The notes: generated from the letters alone by a model not told the origin. DNA of 64,000 bases from Eubacteriales bacterium (GCA_045594085.1 JAZNXW010000020.1:5768-69767), one strand, 5' to 3'. Shown: positions 44,147 through 54,236, counted from the first letter of the stretch. A program made the numbers and translations.

Positions 44147-44947
44147 ATGCCACTGCCTTTTCACGAAACAAAAACGAAGCCCGAAGCCTGGACAACCTCA
44201 AAAATTGACTTTCCTCCTCATCTTCACGGATGTCCGGAACTCGTTTACGTCAGCTCAGGTGCGCTCACTGTCTGCATCGACTCAAAGGAATATACTCTTC
44301 AAAAGGGTGATCTTGCCGTTATTCTGCCGAACATCATTCATTCGTATCAGTCCGTATCGCCATCCGAGGAAACGGAGATTTACTTTATGATATGCGGCAA
44401 GCTTTCGCAGAACGCTTTGCTGAAAAAATATGCGGGAGCTTACGTTGAAAATCCCGTTTCGCCCATTGAGTCATTCCATCCCGATGTCGGGTATATGTTT
44501 TTTGCGCTTTACGAGGAGATAACGGAATCGCCCTCCTCTCACATAATCGACAACTATTTTCAGCTTTTGTGGATGAGACTTCTTCCCTCTCTTCGCGTAT
44601 CAAGCCGATCCCGTGAGCCCGCATCAGACCTTGCCGTTTCGTCGCTCATTTATATTTCGGAGCATTTCCGTGAGCCGATCACACTTGATGTGCTTTCGCG
44701 CGAGCTCGGAATCTGCAGATTTTATCTGTCACGCATTTTTTCTCACGTGCTACACGTTGGCTTCTGCGAATACGTCAACACGCTTCGCATCAACTACTCA
44801 AAAGAGCTTTTGCTTTCGTCCGATCTCGGCATCCTTGACATCGGAATGCGATCGGGATTCCAAAGTCAGCAAAGCTTCAACCGTGTTTTCAAGGAGATGT
44901 GCGGAACAACGCCTGCAGCTTACAGAAAAAGATCCTCCGGCCGTTGA
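44147..44947 (+). CDS. AraC-family transcriptional regulator (cupin sensor plus HTH_18)
   Basis: 266-aa ORF with an N-terminal cupin-like PPHLHGCPELVYV and a C-terminal AraC HTH (GFQSQQSFNRVFKEMCGTTPAAYRK). It is divergent from the oxidoreductase/ThuA operon. Confidence 0.9.
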   Translation: MPLPFHETKTKPEAWTTSKIDFPPHLHGCPELVYVSSGALTVCIDSKEYTLQKGDLAVILPNIIHSYQSVSPSEETEIYFMICGKLSQNALLKKYAGAYVENPVSPIESFHPDVGYMFFALYEEITESPSSHIIDNYFQLLWMRLLPSLRVSSRSREPASDLAVSSLIYISEHFREPITLDVLSRELGICRFYLSRIFSHVLHVGFCEYVNTLRINYSKELLLSSDLGILDIGMRSGFQSQQSFNRVFKEMCGTTPAAYRKRSSGR

Positions 44948-44966
44948 AACGTGCGCTCATTCAAAC

Positions 44967-44998
44967 AAAAAACCTCCCGTACGGGAGGTTTTTATTTT
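44967..44998. terminator. Bidirectional terminator
   Basis: AAAAAA, then CCTCCC-GTAC-GGGAGG, then TTTTTATTTT. Confidence 0.8.
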
Positions 44999-45010
44999 GC
45001 GGTCACATTT

Positions 45011-45967
45011 TTATTCCGCTCCAAGCAGCTCAAGTATCTCCGCCGCAAGAAGCTCCGCAAAACTTTGACGCCAATCGGCGGAGTTAAGCTTTGCCGCATC
45101 GTCCGTATTCGTTGCGTATCCCGTTTCTATCAGCAGTGACGGAAAATCCGCCCATCTTGTGACAGTATACGCATCGGTCGGTCCCTTCGCGATAGTTACG
45201 GAATCGTTATCGAGCACGTCTCGGATGCTGTCCGTAAACTCGGTCAGAAGCTCTGTGTACGGACTTCCCTCGTAATAAAACATCTCATATCTGCTTATCT
45301 CGGGATATCCGACAATGCTGTTGACGTGTATCGACACAAAAAAGTCTATGGGAGTTTCTTTGTTCACCGCATTGGCATAAATGACGCGCTCGTACGCGGA
45401 GAATATGTTGTTGTCGATGATACGTCCGCTGTCATATTCCAAGCCGTATTTATCCGACATACTCCTTATTTCCGATGCTGACGGAAATACTTTTCCGTCG
45501 TGAGTAAGAATAACCGTTACGTTATGCTTCGAAAGCTCTGCGCTTACGCGCTCAACAATGTCAAGCGTTATCACAGCTTCGACGTCATCCAAGAGCTCCG
45601 TACTGCATCCGACGTCATCAAATCCGTGACCTGCGTCAAGGCAGATCACGATCCCGCCGTCCGTATCGTCTACCGAGGGCGGAAGTGCGCTGTCCGTCGT
45701 TGCATCATCCGTTGTTTTGTCATCGGTACCAGATTCATCTGATGTGTCTCTCGATGACGTATCATCCGAGAGCGACTCCTCTTCAGTGCCGCTTTCCGTG
45801 CAAGTAGTATCCGCAAGAGCGTTTGTGTCGGTTGTTTCCGCATCGGTACCTTTTCCCGTTTCGTGATCCTTCACAAACAATGCAAGCATAACTATAACCG
45901 CCGCGACGATCAGCATCGCCGCGATCGGAATTATGTAATTGACTTTTGATTTCTTTTTCATTTTCAT
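45011..45967 (-). CDS. N-acetylmuramoyl-L-alanine amidase (Amidase_3) with N-terminal TM anchor and acidic T/D/S-rich linker
   Basis: The start is probably ATG 45967 (MKMKKKSKVNYIIPIAAMLIV...). It has CLDAGHGFDDVG and a later IETGYATN motif typical of Amidase_3. Confidence 0.85.
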   Translation of the reverse strand: MKMKKKSKVNYIIPIAAMLIVAAVIVMLALFVKDHETGKGTDAETTDTNALADTTCTESGTEEESLSDDTSSRDTSDESGTDDKTTDDATTDSALPPSVDDTDGGIVICLDAGHGFDDVGCSTELLDDVEAVITLDIVERVSAELSKHNVTVILTHDGKVFPSASEIRSMSDKYGLEYDSGRIIDNNIFSAYERVIYANAVNKETPIDFFVSIHVNSIVGYPEISRYEMFYYEGSPYTELLTEFTDSIRDVLDNDSVTIAKGPTDAYTVTRWADFPSLLIETGYATNTDDAAKLNSADWRQSFAELLAAEILELLGAE

Positions 45968-45996
45968 ATTTGTTCCGTAATATATATTTAAACGCA

Positions 45997-46803
45997 TCAG
46001 CGTCGGCGCAATTCCCAAAACGCGACCGCACTCGCCGCGGCTACGTTTAATGAATCCACTCCGTGCATCATCGGGATGCGCACAGTGTAATCGCAGTCCT
46101 CCACCGTTGACGCGGCAAGTCCGTCTCCTTCAGTGCCGAGCACGACGGCAAGTCTTTCCTCGAGGCGCAGATCTGGTGAATCTACAGCCACCGAATCGTC
46201 ATCGAGCGCCATCGCGGCAAGCTTAAAGCCCTCCGACTTCAGCTCCGACATCCAATTTTCGTCCGCACAAGTCCACGGTATCTGAAACACGGTTCCCATG
46301 CTGACTCTCGCGGCGCGTCTGTACAAGGGATCGCTGCATCCGGGAGTCAATATGACTGCATCCATTCCGAGAGCGGCGGCTGAGCGGAAGATCGCACCGA
46401 CGTTCGTCGGATTCATCACCGAATCGAGCACGGCAACACGTGCCTTGCCGTTTATGATCTGCGACACGGGCAAAGGCGCGGGGCGCCTCATCGCACACAG
46501 GAGTCCTCTTGTCAGCTTGTAGCCCGTCAGCTCCGTCAAGACGTCAAACGGCGCCGTATATACGGGCACGTCTCCGACGCGCTCGAGCACATCCGCTGAC
46601 TCACCCTTGATGTGACGTTCCTCAACGAGGATGGATTCGGGCACGTATCCTGCGTCAAGCGCTCGGATAATGACCTTGGGGCTTTCGGCAATGAACAGCT
46701 TATGCTCAATTCCGTGTCCCGATGCAAGCTGAGTTTCCGTCAGCCTTGCATACACGTCAAGCTCGGGGGCGGAGAGGCTATCTATTTTTATGATGTTCGA
46801 CAT
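45997..46803 (-). CDS. TrmH/SpoU-family RNA 2'-O-methyltransferase
   Basis: The start is probably ATG 46803 (MSNIIKIDSL). It has a SpoU substrate-binding N-terminal region, NVGAIFRSAAALG, LGTEGDGL and IPMMHGVDSLNVA. Confidence 0.88.
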   Translation of the reverse strand: MSNIIKIDSLSAPELDVYARLTETQLASGHGIEHKLFIAESPKVIIRALDAGYVPESILVEERHIKGESADVLERVGDVPVYTAPFDVLTELTGYKLTRGLLCAMRRPAPLPVSQIINGKARVAVLDSVMNPTNVGAIFRSAAALGMDAVILTPGCSDPLYRRAARVSMGTVFQIPWTCADENWMSELKSEGFKLAAMALDDDSVAVDSPDLRLEERLAVVLGTEGDGLAASTVEDCDYTVRIPMMHGVDSLNVAAASAVAFWELRRR

Positions 46804-46822
46804 AAGCTCACCTTTTTCGGCA

Positions 46823-47473
46823 TCATTTCCACACAAACTTATAATTTATCGCTTCGCCGCCGTCAACGAGGATATTTTGCCCCGTGCAGAACTTATTCGT
46901 GACGGTCAAAAAGTACGCCCACTCCGCGATCTCCTCCGTCGTTGCCCATCTTTTCAGCGGAGTCTCGTCCATAATCTGCGCCCAAAGCTCCGGATCCGTC
47001 ATAACGCACTCGTTCAGCGGAGTCAGAACTCCGCCGGGATCGAGACTGTTACACGTCGCGCCGTATGCGGCAACTCGAATCGCGACGTTTTTCGTATACG
47101 ACAAAACACCGCCCTTGCTTGCACAGTATTCGGGGAATTCCGATCCCGTATGTGCGCTCGCCGATCCGATATTAAGAATCGATTTTATTCCGTCGCGCAC
47201 GCCGTATTTTTCGGTTACGGTTATAAGCGCCTTCAAATTGATGTCTATGTCAGCCTCGTTTTGCGTGCCTGCGTTATTTATGAGCACGTCAACGTCATCC
47301 ACCTGCGGCAGATGCTCCGTATCACGAACGTCGCACACGCAATGCGTATAGCTGTCGTGGGCGATGCCGGCGGGCTGTCTGTCGATGCCGATGACGGTGT
47401 GTCCCTTTTTGAGGAACAGCTCCGCCGTCGCTTTTCCTATTCCCTGCGACGTTCCCGTTATCAATATCTTCAT
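46823..47473 (-). CDS. Short-chain dehydrogenase/reductase (SDR)
   Basis: 216-aa ORF with TGTSQGIGKA (TGxxxGIG), NNAG and YCASK (YxxxK). Confidence 0.9.
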   Translation of the reverse strand: MKILITGTSQGIGKATAELFLKKGHTVIGIDRQPAGIAHDSYTHCVCDVRDTEHLPQVDDVDVLINNAGTQNEADIDINLKALITVTEKYGVRDGIKSILNIGSASAHTGSEFPEYCASKGGVLSYTKNVAIRVAAYGATCNSLDPGGVLTPLNECVMTDPELWAQIMDETPLKRWATTEEIAEWAYFLTVTNKFCTGQNILVDGGEAINYKFVWK

Positions 47474-48228
47474 TGCTTCGATTCCCTTTCAATATAGTCA
47501 ACATATTCCTTGCCGACAGACTCCGACTTCCATCTCAGCGTGATCCTATAGCCTATCGGAGAGAACGCGATCTCCATCAAGAGCTCCGCGACGGCGCCCG
47601 TCAGGGCGCACATCGTGCACTGGAGCACCGTCCAATGAAATCCATCCCAGAAGACAGGCGCCAACACAACGAACACTATCACCGAGAAGATAAAATTATC
47701 AAAAAACTGACCGATAAACGTCGAAACGTACGATCGCATCGCATACGCGAGCTTGCCGTCCGGATTGCTTCGGAAGCATTTGCCTATCATCCAGTTGAGC
47801 GAATTGTTTATGAGTGCCGACGCAAGGAACGCCGTTGTGCTTCCGAGAAGTATGAACCACGTTCCGCGGAAAATTCCGTCAAACGCGCTGTAATCGTTTG
47901 CATTCGATGGGATCGCGCTCGCCACAAAAAAGATGAGGCAGGTCAGCAGATTTATCATCGCCGCAAGCACCGATATAAGATTGGACGCTTTGGGGCCGAA
48001 GTGCTTCGTTATGATATCCATGCACATAAAGGACAGCCACGAGATCAGGATTCCGCCGTCAAGTGCGATCCAGTCAAGGCTCAGTAAAGTCTTATTCGCA
48101 AGCAGATTCATACAAATGACGCTCACCACAAACAGCGTCACAACAGTGGCAGGTATCGACCTCAGCAATATATTCAATTCGGCAAGCTCGCCTCGGAGCC
48201 TTGCCTTTAACGTATTCTTTTCTGACAT
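47470..48228 (-). CDS. yhhQ: Queuosine-precursor transporter (YhhQ/DUF165, VUT family)
   Basis: 252-aa polytopic ORF whose sequence pattern (LDGGILISWLSFMCMDIITKHFGPK...FIGQFFDNFIF) is typical of YhhQ. Confidence 0.82.
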   Translation of the reverse strand: MSEKNTLKARLRGELAELNILLRSIPATVVTLFVVSVICMNLLANKTLLSLDWIALDGGILISWLSFMCMDIITKHFGPKASNLISVLAAMINLLTCLIFFVASAIPSNANDYSAFDGIFRGTWFILLGSTTAFLASALINNSLNWMIGKCFRSNPDGKLAYAMRSYVSTFIGQFFDNFIFSVIVFVVLAPVFWDGFHWTVLQCTMCALTGAVAELLMEIAFSPIGYRITLRWKSESVGKEYVDYIERESKQ

Positions 48229-48270
48229 ATTAACCGTTTATTTTGCCTTTCGGGAAAGATCTCTCGCATA

Positions 48271-48299
48271 ATTATAGCGTATAATTTCAAATAATTCAA
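48271..48299 (-). promoter_or_regulatory. Candidate promoter (TTGAAT-17-TATAAT) of yhhQ
   Basis: The reverse complement of 48294-48299 is TTGAAT and of 48271-48276 is TATAAT. Confidence 0.5.
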
Positions 48300-48395
48300 T
48301 TAACTTTGCATTATAATCGCCAATTTGCGTCAAAAAACGGGATAATGAGAGCATTATCGTCCGCGGACGGGCTTATTCACACCTTACGTGGGCGC

Positions 48396-48425
48396 AAAAA
48401 AGCACCGCTCTCGCGGTGCTTTTTT
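48396..48425. terminator. Terminator downstream of the ABC fusion gene
   Basis: AAAAAA, then AGCACCGC-TCTC-GCGGTGCT, then TTTTT. Confidence 0.85.
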
Positions 48426-48429
48426 ACTT

Positions 48430-51198
48430 TTATCTGTCTCTTATTGCATCTATGGGGCGCTTCGACGCGATCTTCTTCACAGGGATGAAGCTCGAAATTG
48501 CCGCAACGCCGACGGAAATGACGAACAGCAGGAATATCTGCCTGATTCCGAAGGTAAGGACTGTTATGAGAAGTCCCACGTCCTCGCGTATCACGCTGTT
48601 GATGATGGCTGTCAGGATACACGTTGCCACCGCCGAAAGCACGAAATTGATCATCGCGATGATGAAGCTTTCAGAGAAGAAGATACGGAACACGTCGTTG
48701 CTGCGCGAGCCGATCGCACGGAGAATTCCTATCTCCTGCTTCTTGTAAGCTATACTCGTTCCGATGAAGTTTGCGAGCATAACGGACGCAAACAGAGCAA
48801 ATCCGAAGCCGATCCAGAAGAATACGGCGGAAAGCATCTCGAACGTTTCGTCTACCATATCAAGCTCGTAGGTCACGGAGTTCTGCAAAGGATATCTGAT
48901 GTTTGAATCCTCGCTGTAGCAATACTCGACGAGAGTTTTTATATCGGAGCGCTTCTCGGGCATAACGCCGACGGCGAAACTGTAGGTTCCGTTCGATTCC
49001 GCGGTGACCTTGTTATATAGTTCATCCCAGACGTAGACGCTTGCGGGCGACTCGCCTGCGACGGGATCGTATACATTGTCTATGACGCCGACAACTCGGC
49101 AGCCCTCGAATTCAACGTATTCGTCACACGCGTTGCCGTAAGCGTAAAATTCAAGCTCAAAGAGTGAGGAATAATCCGTTTTATAGATGAGATTTCCGTT
49201 TTCGTCGGTTTCGGGCTCGACGGATTCATCTATAAACGACATTGACGAACCGACACGGTCCACGGTAACGACGATCTCGTTTTCGGCAAGAGAGCCGGGC
49301 GCCTTGCCGTCCGCCCAGATGACGCGGTCGGGATCAAGATCGCTGTAGCTGCCGATTCTGTCCGGATTTATCTCAGCATAATTCTCACCGCTGTCGTGGT
49401 AAAACCACATATATGAGGTGCTGAACGGATACGTCTTGTATCCTGACTCAACCATAGCGTCAACGGCACCGTCGCACACGATCAAAAGATTGTGGAAGCT
49501 GTAGTTCTGGGCGTAGCGGAGCTCGTTAAAAAGGAAATAATCAACGAACTGATCTGCCGTGGAATCCCCCTCCGCTTCCTCGGTGAGCGATTCGTAACGG
49601 GAAAGGTCGAATTCTGTGTCGATAACGCCTACAATGGTGTATTCTGTCTCACAGAAGACGAGCTTTTTGCCGATCATATCGCCGTCGGAGGTGATCTTTT
49701 CGTAATGTACCGTTTCGGCTCCGTTTTCGTCAACGGTAACGTCTGTGAGAAAACCGCCGATCTTGAATGTCTCACAGATGTAGGACGTGATTGCGATCTC
49801 GTCCTCCTTTGCGGGCATTCTGCCTGCTGTGACGTCGTATCCGAGGTTGCGGACGTCATCCTCCGTCATCTCGGAAAAGCCCGATGCCGCCACGGAATGA
49901 ATGACGTAATCTCCGTTTGTGAAGAGATCTTGATCTGACGAGGTGTACGCGCTGAAATCGAGAAGCCCCGTATCGGGAACGTAGACACCCTTAACGTCAA
50001 TGCCCGTTCCGTTTTTTATTGAATCGAGGTCCTCGTCCGTGAGCTTGTAGCCCCACGTGCGCCAATAGCTGTCGATTCCCTCACCGATGCGCTTCGCTTT
50101 TGCCATAGACGCATAATTTATGTTTGTGTCGATAATTGAGCTCGTGCACGTCTCGATATGATTGTATGCGCTGAACGTGTCAACGAGCGCAAAAAGCGTA
50201 AACGCGACGACGGACAAAAGTATCGTCAAAACAAGACGGAATTTCTTGTGCTTGAGTCCGCCTGCGCCGATCTTGAACGCAGACTTCATCGGAAGCTTTG
50301 ATTTGATGAGTTTGAACGCGGACGGATCGTGAGGTTTGATAACCGATTCGTCCGTTTTGCGGAACTTTTTGCTTCTGCCCGCAAAGCGTATCATAGCCTT
50401 CCCCGAAAGACTGTCCATATATGCGTTGATGGCAACTCTGTCCTCCTCGGTGAGGTGATATCCCATCGGAATCTTTACTGTATCTCCCTCATACTCAAGC
50501 TCGACGACGTTTTCGTCTGCCGTTCTGTCATATTCAACGTCATCGATAACGCTTCCGTCTGCAAGCTCGATAATTCTGTCCGCATAGTGCTCCGCGTACT
50601 CGCGGTCGTGTGAGACTACGATAACGAGCTTATCGGATGCGAGCTTCTTGAGCGTATCAAATACCTGCTTGCCCGTGTTGGAGTCAAGAGCACCGGTCGG
50701 TTCGTCTGCCATAATGATCTCGGGATTTTTGACAAGCGCTCGCGCGATGGCAACTCGCTGAAGCTGACCGCCTGAAAGCTCATTCGGTCTGCGATTGCCG
50801 TAGCCGGAAAGATCGACCCGCTCGAGTATCTCGTTTATCAGCTCGTCTGTGGCTTTTTTCCCCTGAAGCTCAAGCGCAAGTGCGATATTTGCGCCGACAG
50901 TAAACTCGGGGAGCACGTTATATTCCTGGAAAATAAATCCGACGTATGTGTTTCTGTATGAGTCGAAGCGCGACTGCGTAAAGTCACGGCTGGAAACTCC
51001 CTTGATGAGGATCTCGCCGTCATCGTAGCTGTCAAGTCCGCCGAGCAGATTCAGAAGCGTAGACTTACCGGATCCCGACTTACCGAGCAGAAAAATCATT
51101 CCCTTTTCGGGAAATTTGAGCGTGACTCCGTTAAGTGCGGTGACAGGCACGCCTTTTTTCGGTTTATATATCTTTGTCAGATTCTTTATTTCAAGCAT
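48430..51198 (-). CDS. Fused ABC transporter: MacB/LolD-type ATPase (N-terminal) plus FtsX-type permease with a large extracytoplasmic domain
   Basis: The start is taken at ATG 51198 (MLEIKNLTKIY, RBS GGAGG). It has Walker A GKSGSGKST, LSGGQLQRVAIARAL and IIMADEPTGALD. The C-terminal FtsX helices contain ...GILRAIGSRSNDV.... Confidence 0.9.
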   Translation of the reverse strand: MLEIKNLTKIYKPKKGVPVTALNGVTLKFPEKGMIFLLGKSGSGKSTLLNLLGGLDSYDDGEILIKGVSSRDFTQSRFDSYRNTYVGFIFQEYNVLPEFTVGANIALALELQGKKATDELINEILERVDLSGYGNRRPNELSGGQLQRVAIARALVKNPEIIMADEPTGALDSNTGKQVFDTLKKLASDKLVIVVSHDREYAEHYADRIIELADGSVIDDVEYDRTADENVVELEYEGDTVKIPMGYHLTEEDRVAINAYMDSLSGKAMIRFAGRSKKFRKTDESVIKPHDPSAFKLIKSKLPMKSAFKIGAGGLKHKKFRLVLTILLSVVAFTLFALVDTFSAYNHIETCTSSIIDTNINYASMAKAKRIGEGIDSYWRTWGYKLTDEDLDSIKNGTGIDVKGVYVPDTGLLDFSAYTSSDQDLFTNGDYVIHSVAASGFSEMTEDDVRNLGYDVTAGRMPAKEDEIAITSYICETFKIGGFLTDVTVDENGAETVHYEKITSDGDMIGKKLVFCETEYTIVGVIDTEFDLSRYESLTEEAEGDSTADQFVDYFLFNELRYAQNYSFHNLLIVCDGAVDAMVESGYKTYPFSTSYMWFYHDSGENYAEINPDRIGSYSDLDPDRVIWADGKAPGSLAENEIVVTVDRVGSSMSFIDESVEPETDENGNLIYKTDYSSLFELEFYAYGNACDEYVEFEGCRVVGVIDNVYDPVAGESPASVYVWDELYNKVTAESNGTYSFAVGVMPEKRSDIKTLVEYCYSEDSNIRYPLQNSVTYELDMVDETFEMLSAVFFWIGFGFALFASVMLANFIGTSIAYKKQEIGILRAIGSRSNDVFRIFFSESFIIAMINFVLSAVATCILTAIINSVIREDVGLLITVLTFGIRQIFLLFVISVGVAAISSFIPVKKIASKRPIDAIRDR

Positions 51199-51349
51199 AA
51201 ACATCCTCCGTTTCAAAAAAGTGTGTTACTCCGGGTAGTACACTTATATAATACAGCCGCGGGCAGCATATGTCAACAAAAAATTTTAGTATTAAGGAAA
51301 TCTTAACATTCGCGTGTGATGCACTGTGCACCGCCGCGCTTTACCCGCA

Positions 51350-51380
51350 CAAAAAAGGCACGCGTTTCCGCGTGCCTTTT
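51350..51380 (-). terminator. Terminator of the GH51 gene
   Basis: GGCACGCG-TTTC-CGCGTGCC with AAAAAA on the plus strand, giving a T-run on the minus strand. Confidence 0.8.
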
Positions 51381-51386
51381 CCAATA

Positions 51387-54236
51387 TCATTGCTCCGATT
51401 TTATCCTGATAACGGTGACCGAATATTTCGGCACCGTATAATTGAACTGCTCGGAGACGCCGTCGAGCTCGAAGCTCGTCATGCTGACGTCCTCCTCGGC
51501 GCCGAGTATGTTATCGTTCTTCAAACTCGTACCCGCAACAAGATCAACCTCCGCCGTAGAGGAAACGTCGGTAAGTCCCACAATGTCGATTGCAAAGGTC
51601 TTTACCTTACCCGTCACGTTGACAAGCTTGATGATGATGTCACCCGTCTCGTCCGTGCTGACTACGTGATACGCGTCAGCGTCGGCGGAATCTCTGATAG
51701 TGTAATCGATGTACAGCTTATCGTTGATGTAGCATTTGACGTTAAAATCTGTTACAACGATCTTGAGAGTGTACGTACGTCCGTTAATAACGGAGAAGCT
51801 GCGCTCAGTACCGACGAGCGGATCTGTCTTTGCTCCGTCCTTGACCTGCTGCAGGCAGGTGACGGTATTGTTCCATCCGCCGATGTTCCAGAAATAGTTA
51901 TTGTCCTTGTCACCGACAGAGAACGGAATCAGGAATCCCTCGGATCCGCCCGTCTTGGTCACGTCAACCGTAAAGGTATAGTTAGTCCAATTTCTGTTAC
52001 CGAAATACATAACTGTACCGGTCGTTCCGTATTTGTCGGTATTCGTTGTAGTTGACGTCTGCATCAATGCGCCCTTTTTGACGCTCCATGCGCCGTCGGA
52101 TACCTTCGTCCATTCGTCAAGTGAAGATTTGTCATCAAACGTATCCTCTGCGAGAACCTTGCCCGTTTCATTATCCACGATCTTTACGTTGTCAAACTTC
52201 GCAGATGTGCTCCACGTTCCCACTCCGACCTTACCTACAAAGCCGTCCTCTTCCCTTTCGGCACCGACAAGCTCGGATTCGATCAGCTCCGTGCCCGCAT
52301 TCGTAAGGAAGATCTTCTGAACGTAATAGTTGATTGACGATGTTACTGTGTGATTATTGAACCAAATGAGGTCGGGCGCCCAGTGAAGTCCCGTGAGGTT
52401 ACCGAACAGAGGCGCATACGCCGCCATTCTGACGATGTCTCCGTTGCGTTCGAGTCCCGTCATATACGCCGCCTCGGCAAGTGCCGCCTTGAGAGTATTT
52501 GATCTTGCCGCATATTCACCGAGGAACACCTGTATTCCTCCGCCGAAGATCGTATCCGTAAACGAATCGCGGGAATAATTGTCCTCGTCGTAGTAGTCTG
52601 CGTTTTCAAAGAACCACTCGGGCTCGTTATAGTAGTGATGATCGATGGCGCCCGCAAAATCCTCGATATTCTTATCGGGATTTGCCTTCATCCACTTCTC
52701 CGCGTATTCGTAAGCCGCCATGTAATGCCATCCGCTGTCGCCGTCATCAACGCCTGCGGAGAACATAAGCTCAACTCCCTCAAACAGTTCGGGATCCGCC
52801 GCCTTCGCTTCCGCAAAAGCGTCCACGAACGCCTCGTAATGCTTAAAGAAATCGTTGCCCCACTGCTCGTTACCGATACCTATGTATTTGAGCTCAAACG
52901 GTTCCTCATGTCCCATCGCGATACGGACCGCACCCCATTCGGTGTCCGCGCCGCCGCGGCAGAACTCTACGAGATCGAGCGCATCCTTGATGAATCTTTC
53001 CATCTCGTCAGAGCCGAGAGGTGCAAGCTCGCCTGAGGACTGACCCATGCACGCAACACCCGCGTTAAGCACAGGGACGCCTATCGCGCCGATGTCCTCT
53101 GCGAGCAGGAAATACTCATAAAAACCGAGTCCGTAAGTCATATACACGGGATGCTGGTCATCGGTGAGTCCTTCGTTAGTCCAAAGATTGAAACCGAGCG
53201 TTCTTGCGGCGACGTCGCCGTAGGTTCCGTTCCAAGAATAAGGATCGCCGTTTTCATCAGCACCGACGGAATCCTTCCAATTGTACGCAGTATCAAGAGT
53301 CATGCCCTCGATGATACATCCGCCGGGGAATCTGAGGAATGCAGGCTCGAGCGCCTCGAGCTTTTCTGCAAGATCCGCTCTGAGTCCGTTTTCTCTGCCC
53401 TTATATGTATCCTCGGGGAACAACGAGATCATATCGAACGCGGCTTTGCCCGCGTCGATCGTCACGCGCAGTCTCACTCCGGAGTAATTCGTTGCATTTG
53501 ACGTAAGCGTGAGTTCATATTTCGTCCATTCGGAAGTAACGGAGTCTATTTTGCCTTCCGCAAGCAGAGTGTTTCCGCGTGCGATGCTGACGTACACGGG
53601 ACCCGTGTAGCCATCGATGCCGCGAACGTAAACGGAAAATTTATAATTTTTGCCCTTTTCAACGGAAATACCGTCAAGGAATCCCACGTTTTCAATGCCC
53701 GCAGGTGCATTGGAGGTATTTTCGATGACCATATAGTTCGGATTGTTGTCGTTCAGCGAGCCATCGGGATTTTTGGTCACGACATTTGCCTTGACATCAC
53801 CGACGTTGAGCCAGCCGTGCTTTTCGTCACCGTCCGCGTACTCGGTAAACTCAAACGAACGGTTCTTCACCATCTCGGCGTAAAGTCCGCCGTCTGCGGC
53901 AAAATTTATATCCTCAAGGAATATGCCGAACAGAAGATCGCTGATGTCGTGTACTCTGACTGCGGCATTGATTCCGATCGTATAGTTAGCATTTTCGGGA
54001 TCGTATTTCGCGATCTCACCCGCCTCACCGAATACCGCCGTCTTCTTATCGACCGTCGGCTCCGGATCTTTTCCGGCGTCCGTCTCCGCGTCTGTTTGCG
54101 CTTCCGTATCCGATTCCGTATTTGCAGCTTCGCCGGTAACTTGATCCGTATCTACAACCTCGCCGTTGCCGCAAGCCGTCAGCACAGTCATGGCGAACAC
54201 AAGCAAAAGGGCGATCATACTCCGCAATGCTTTCAT
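51387..54236 (-). CDS. Exported multi-domain alpha-L-arabinofuranosidase (GH51-like catalytic domain with N- and C-terminal carbohydrate-binding/lectin-like domains)
   Basis: The start is taken at ATG 54236 (MKALRSMIALLLVFAMTVLTAC lipobox, RBS GGAGGA). It has LRFPGGCIIEG and IGIGNEQWG, which are GH51 signatures. Confidence 0.8.
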   Translation of the reverse strand: MKALRSMIALLLVFAMTVLTACGNGEVVDTDQVTGEAANTESDTEAQTDAETDAGKDPEPTVDKKTAVFGEAGEIAKYDPENANYTIGINAAVRVHDISDLLFGIFLEDINFAADGGLYAEMVKNRSFEFTEYADGDEKHGWLNVGDVKANVVTKNPDGSLNDNNPNYMVIENTSNAPAGIENVGFLDGISVEKGKNYKFSVYVRGIDGYTGPVYVSIARGNTLLAEGKIDSVTSEWTKYELTLTSNATNYSGVRLRVTIDAGKAAFDMISLFPEDTYKGRENGLRADLAEKLEALEPAFLRFPGGCIIEGMTLDTAYNWKDSVGADENGDPYSWNGTYGDVAARTLGFNLWTNEGLTDDQHPVYMTYGLGFYEYFLLAEDIGAIGVPVLNAGVACMGQSSGELAPLGSDEMERFIKDALDLVEFCRGGADTEWGAVRIAMGHEEPFELKYIGIGNEQWGNDFFKHYEAFVDAFAEAKAADPELFEGVELMFSAGVDDGDSGWHYMAAYEYAEKWMKANPDKNIEDFAGAIDHHYYNEPEWFFENADYYDEDNYSRDSFTDTIFGGGIQVFLGEYAARSNTLKAALAEAAYMTGLERNGDIVRMAAYAPLFGNLTGLHWAPDLIWFNNHTVTSSINYYVQKIFLTNAGTELIESELVGAEREEDGFVGKVGVGTWSTSAKFDNVKIVDNETGKVLAEDTFDDKSSLDEWTKVSDGAWSVKKGALMQTSTTTNTDKYGTTGTVMYFGNRNWTNYTFTVDVTKTGGSEGFLIPFSVGDKDNNYFWNIGGWNNTVTCLQQVKDGAKTDPLVGTERSFSVINGRTYTLKIVVTDFNVKCYINDKLYIDYTIRDSADADAYHVVSTDETGDIIIKLVNVTGKVKTFAIDIVGLTDVSSTAEVDLVAGTSLKNDNILGAEEDVSMTSFELDGVSEQFNYTVPKYSVTVIRIKSEQ

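Noticed and set aside
48229-48270. preQ1 riboswitch upstream of the queuosine-precursor transporter yhhQ
   Set aside because: It was expected from the gene's function. However, the 40-nt 5' UTR (GAGAGAUCUUUCCCGAAAGGCAAAAUAAACGGUUAAU) has only a 4-bp tetraloop hairpin plus an A-rich tail. I could not fit the preQ1-I or preQ1-II P1/pseudoknot consensus. A cmsearch would settle it.
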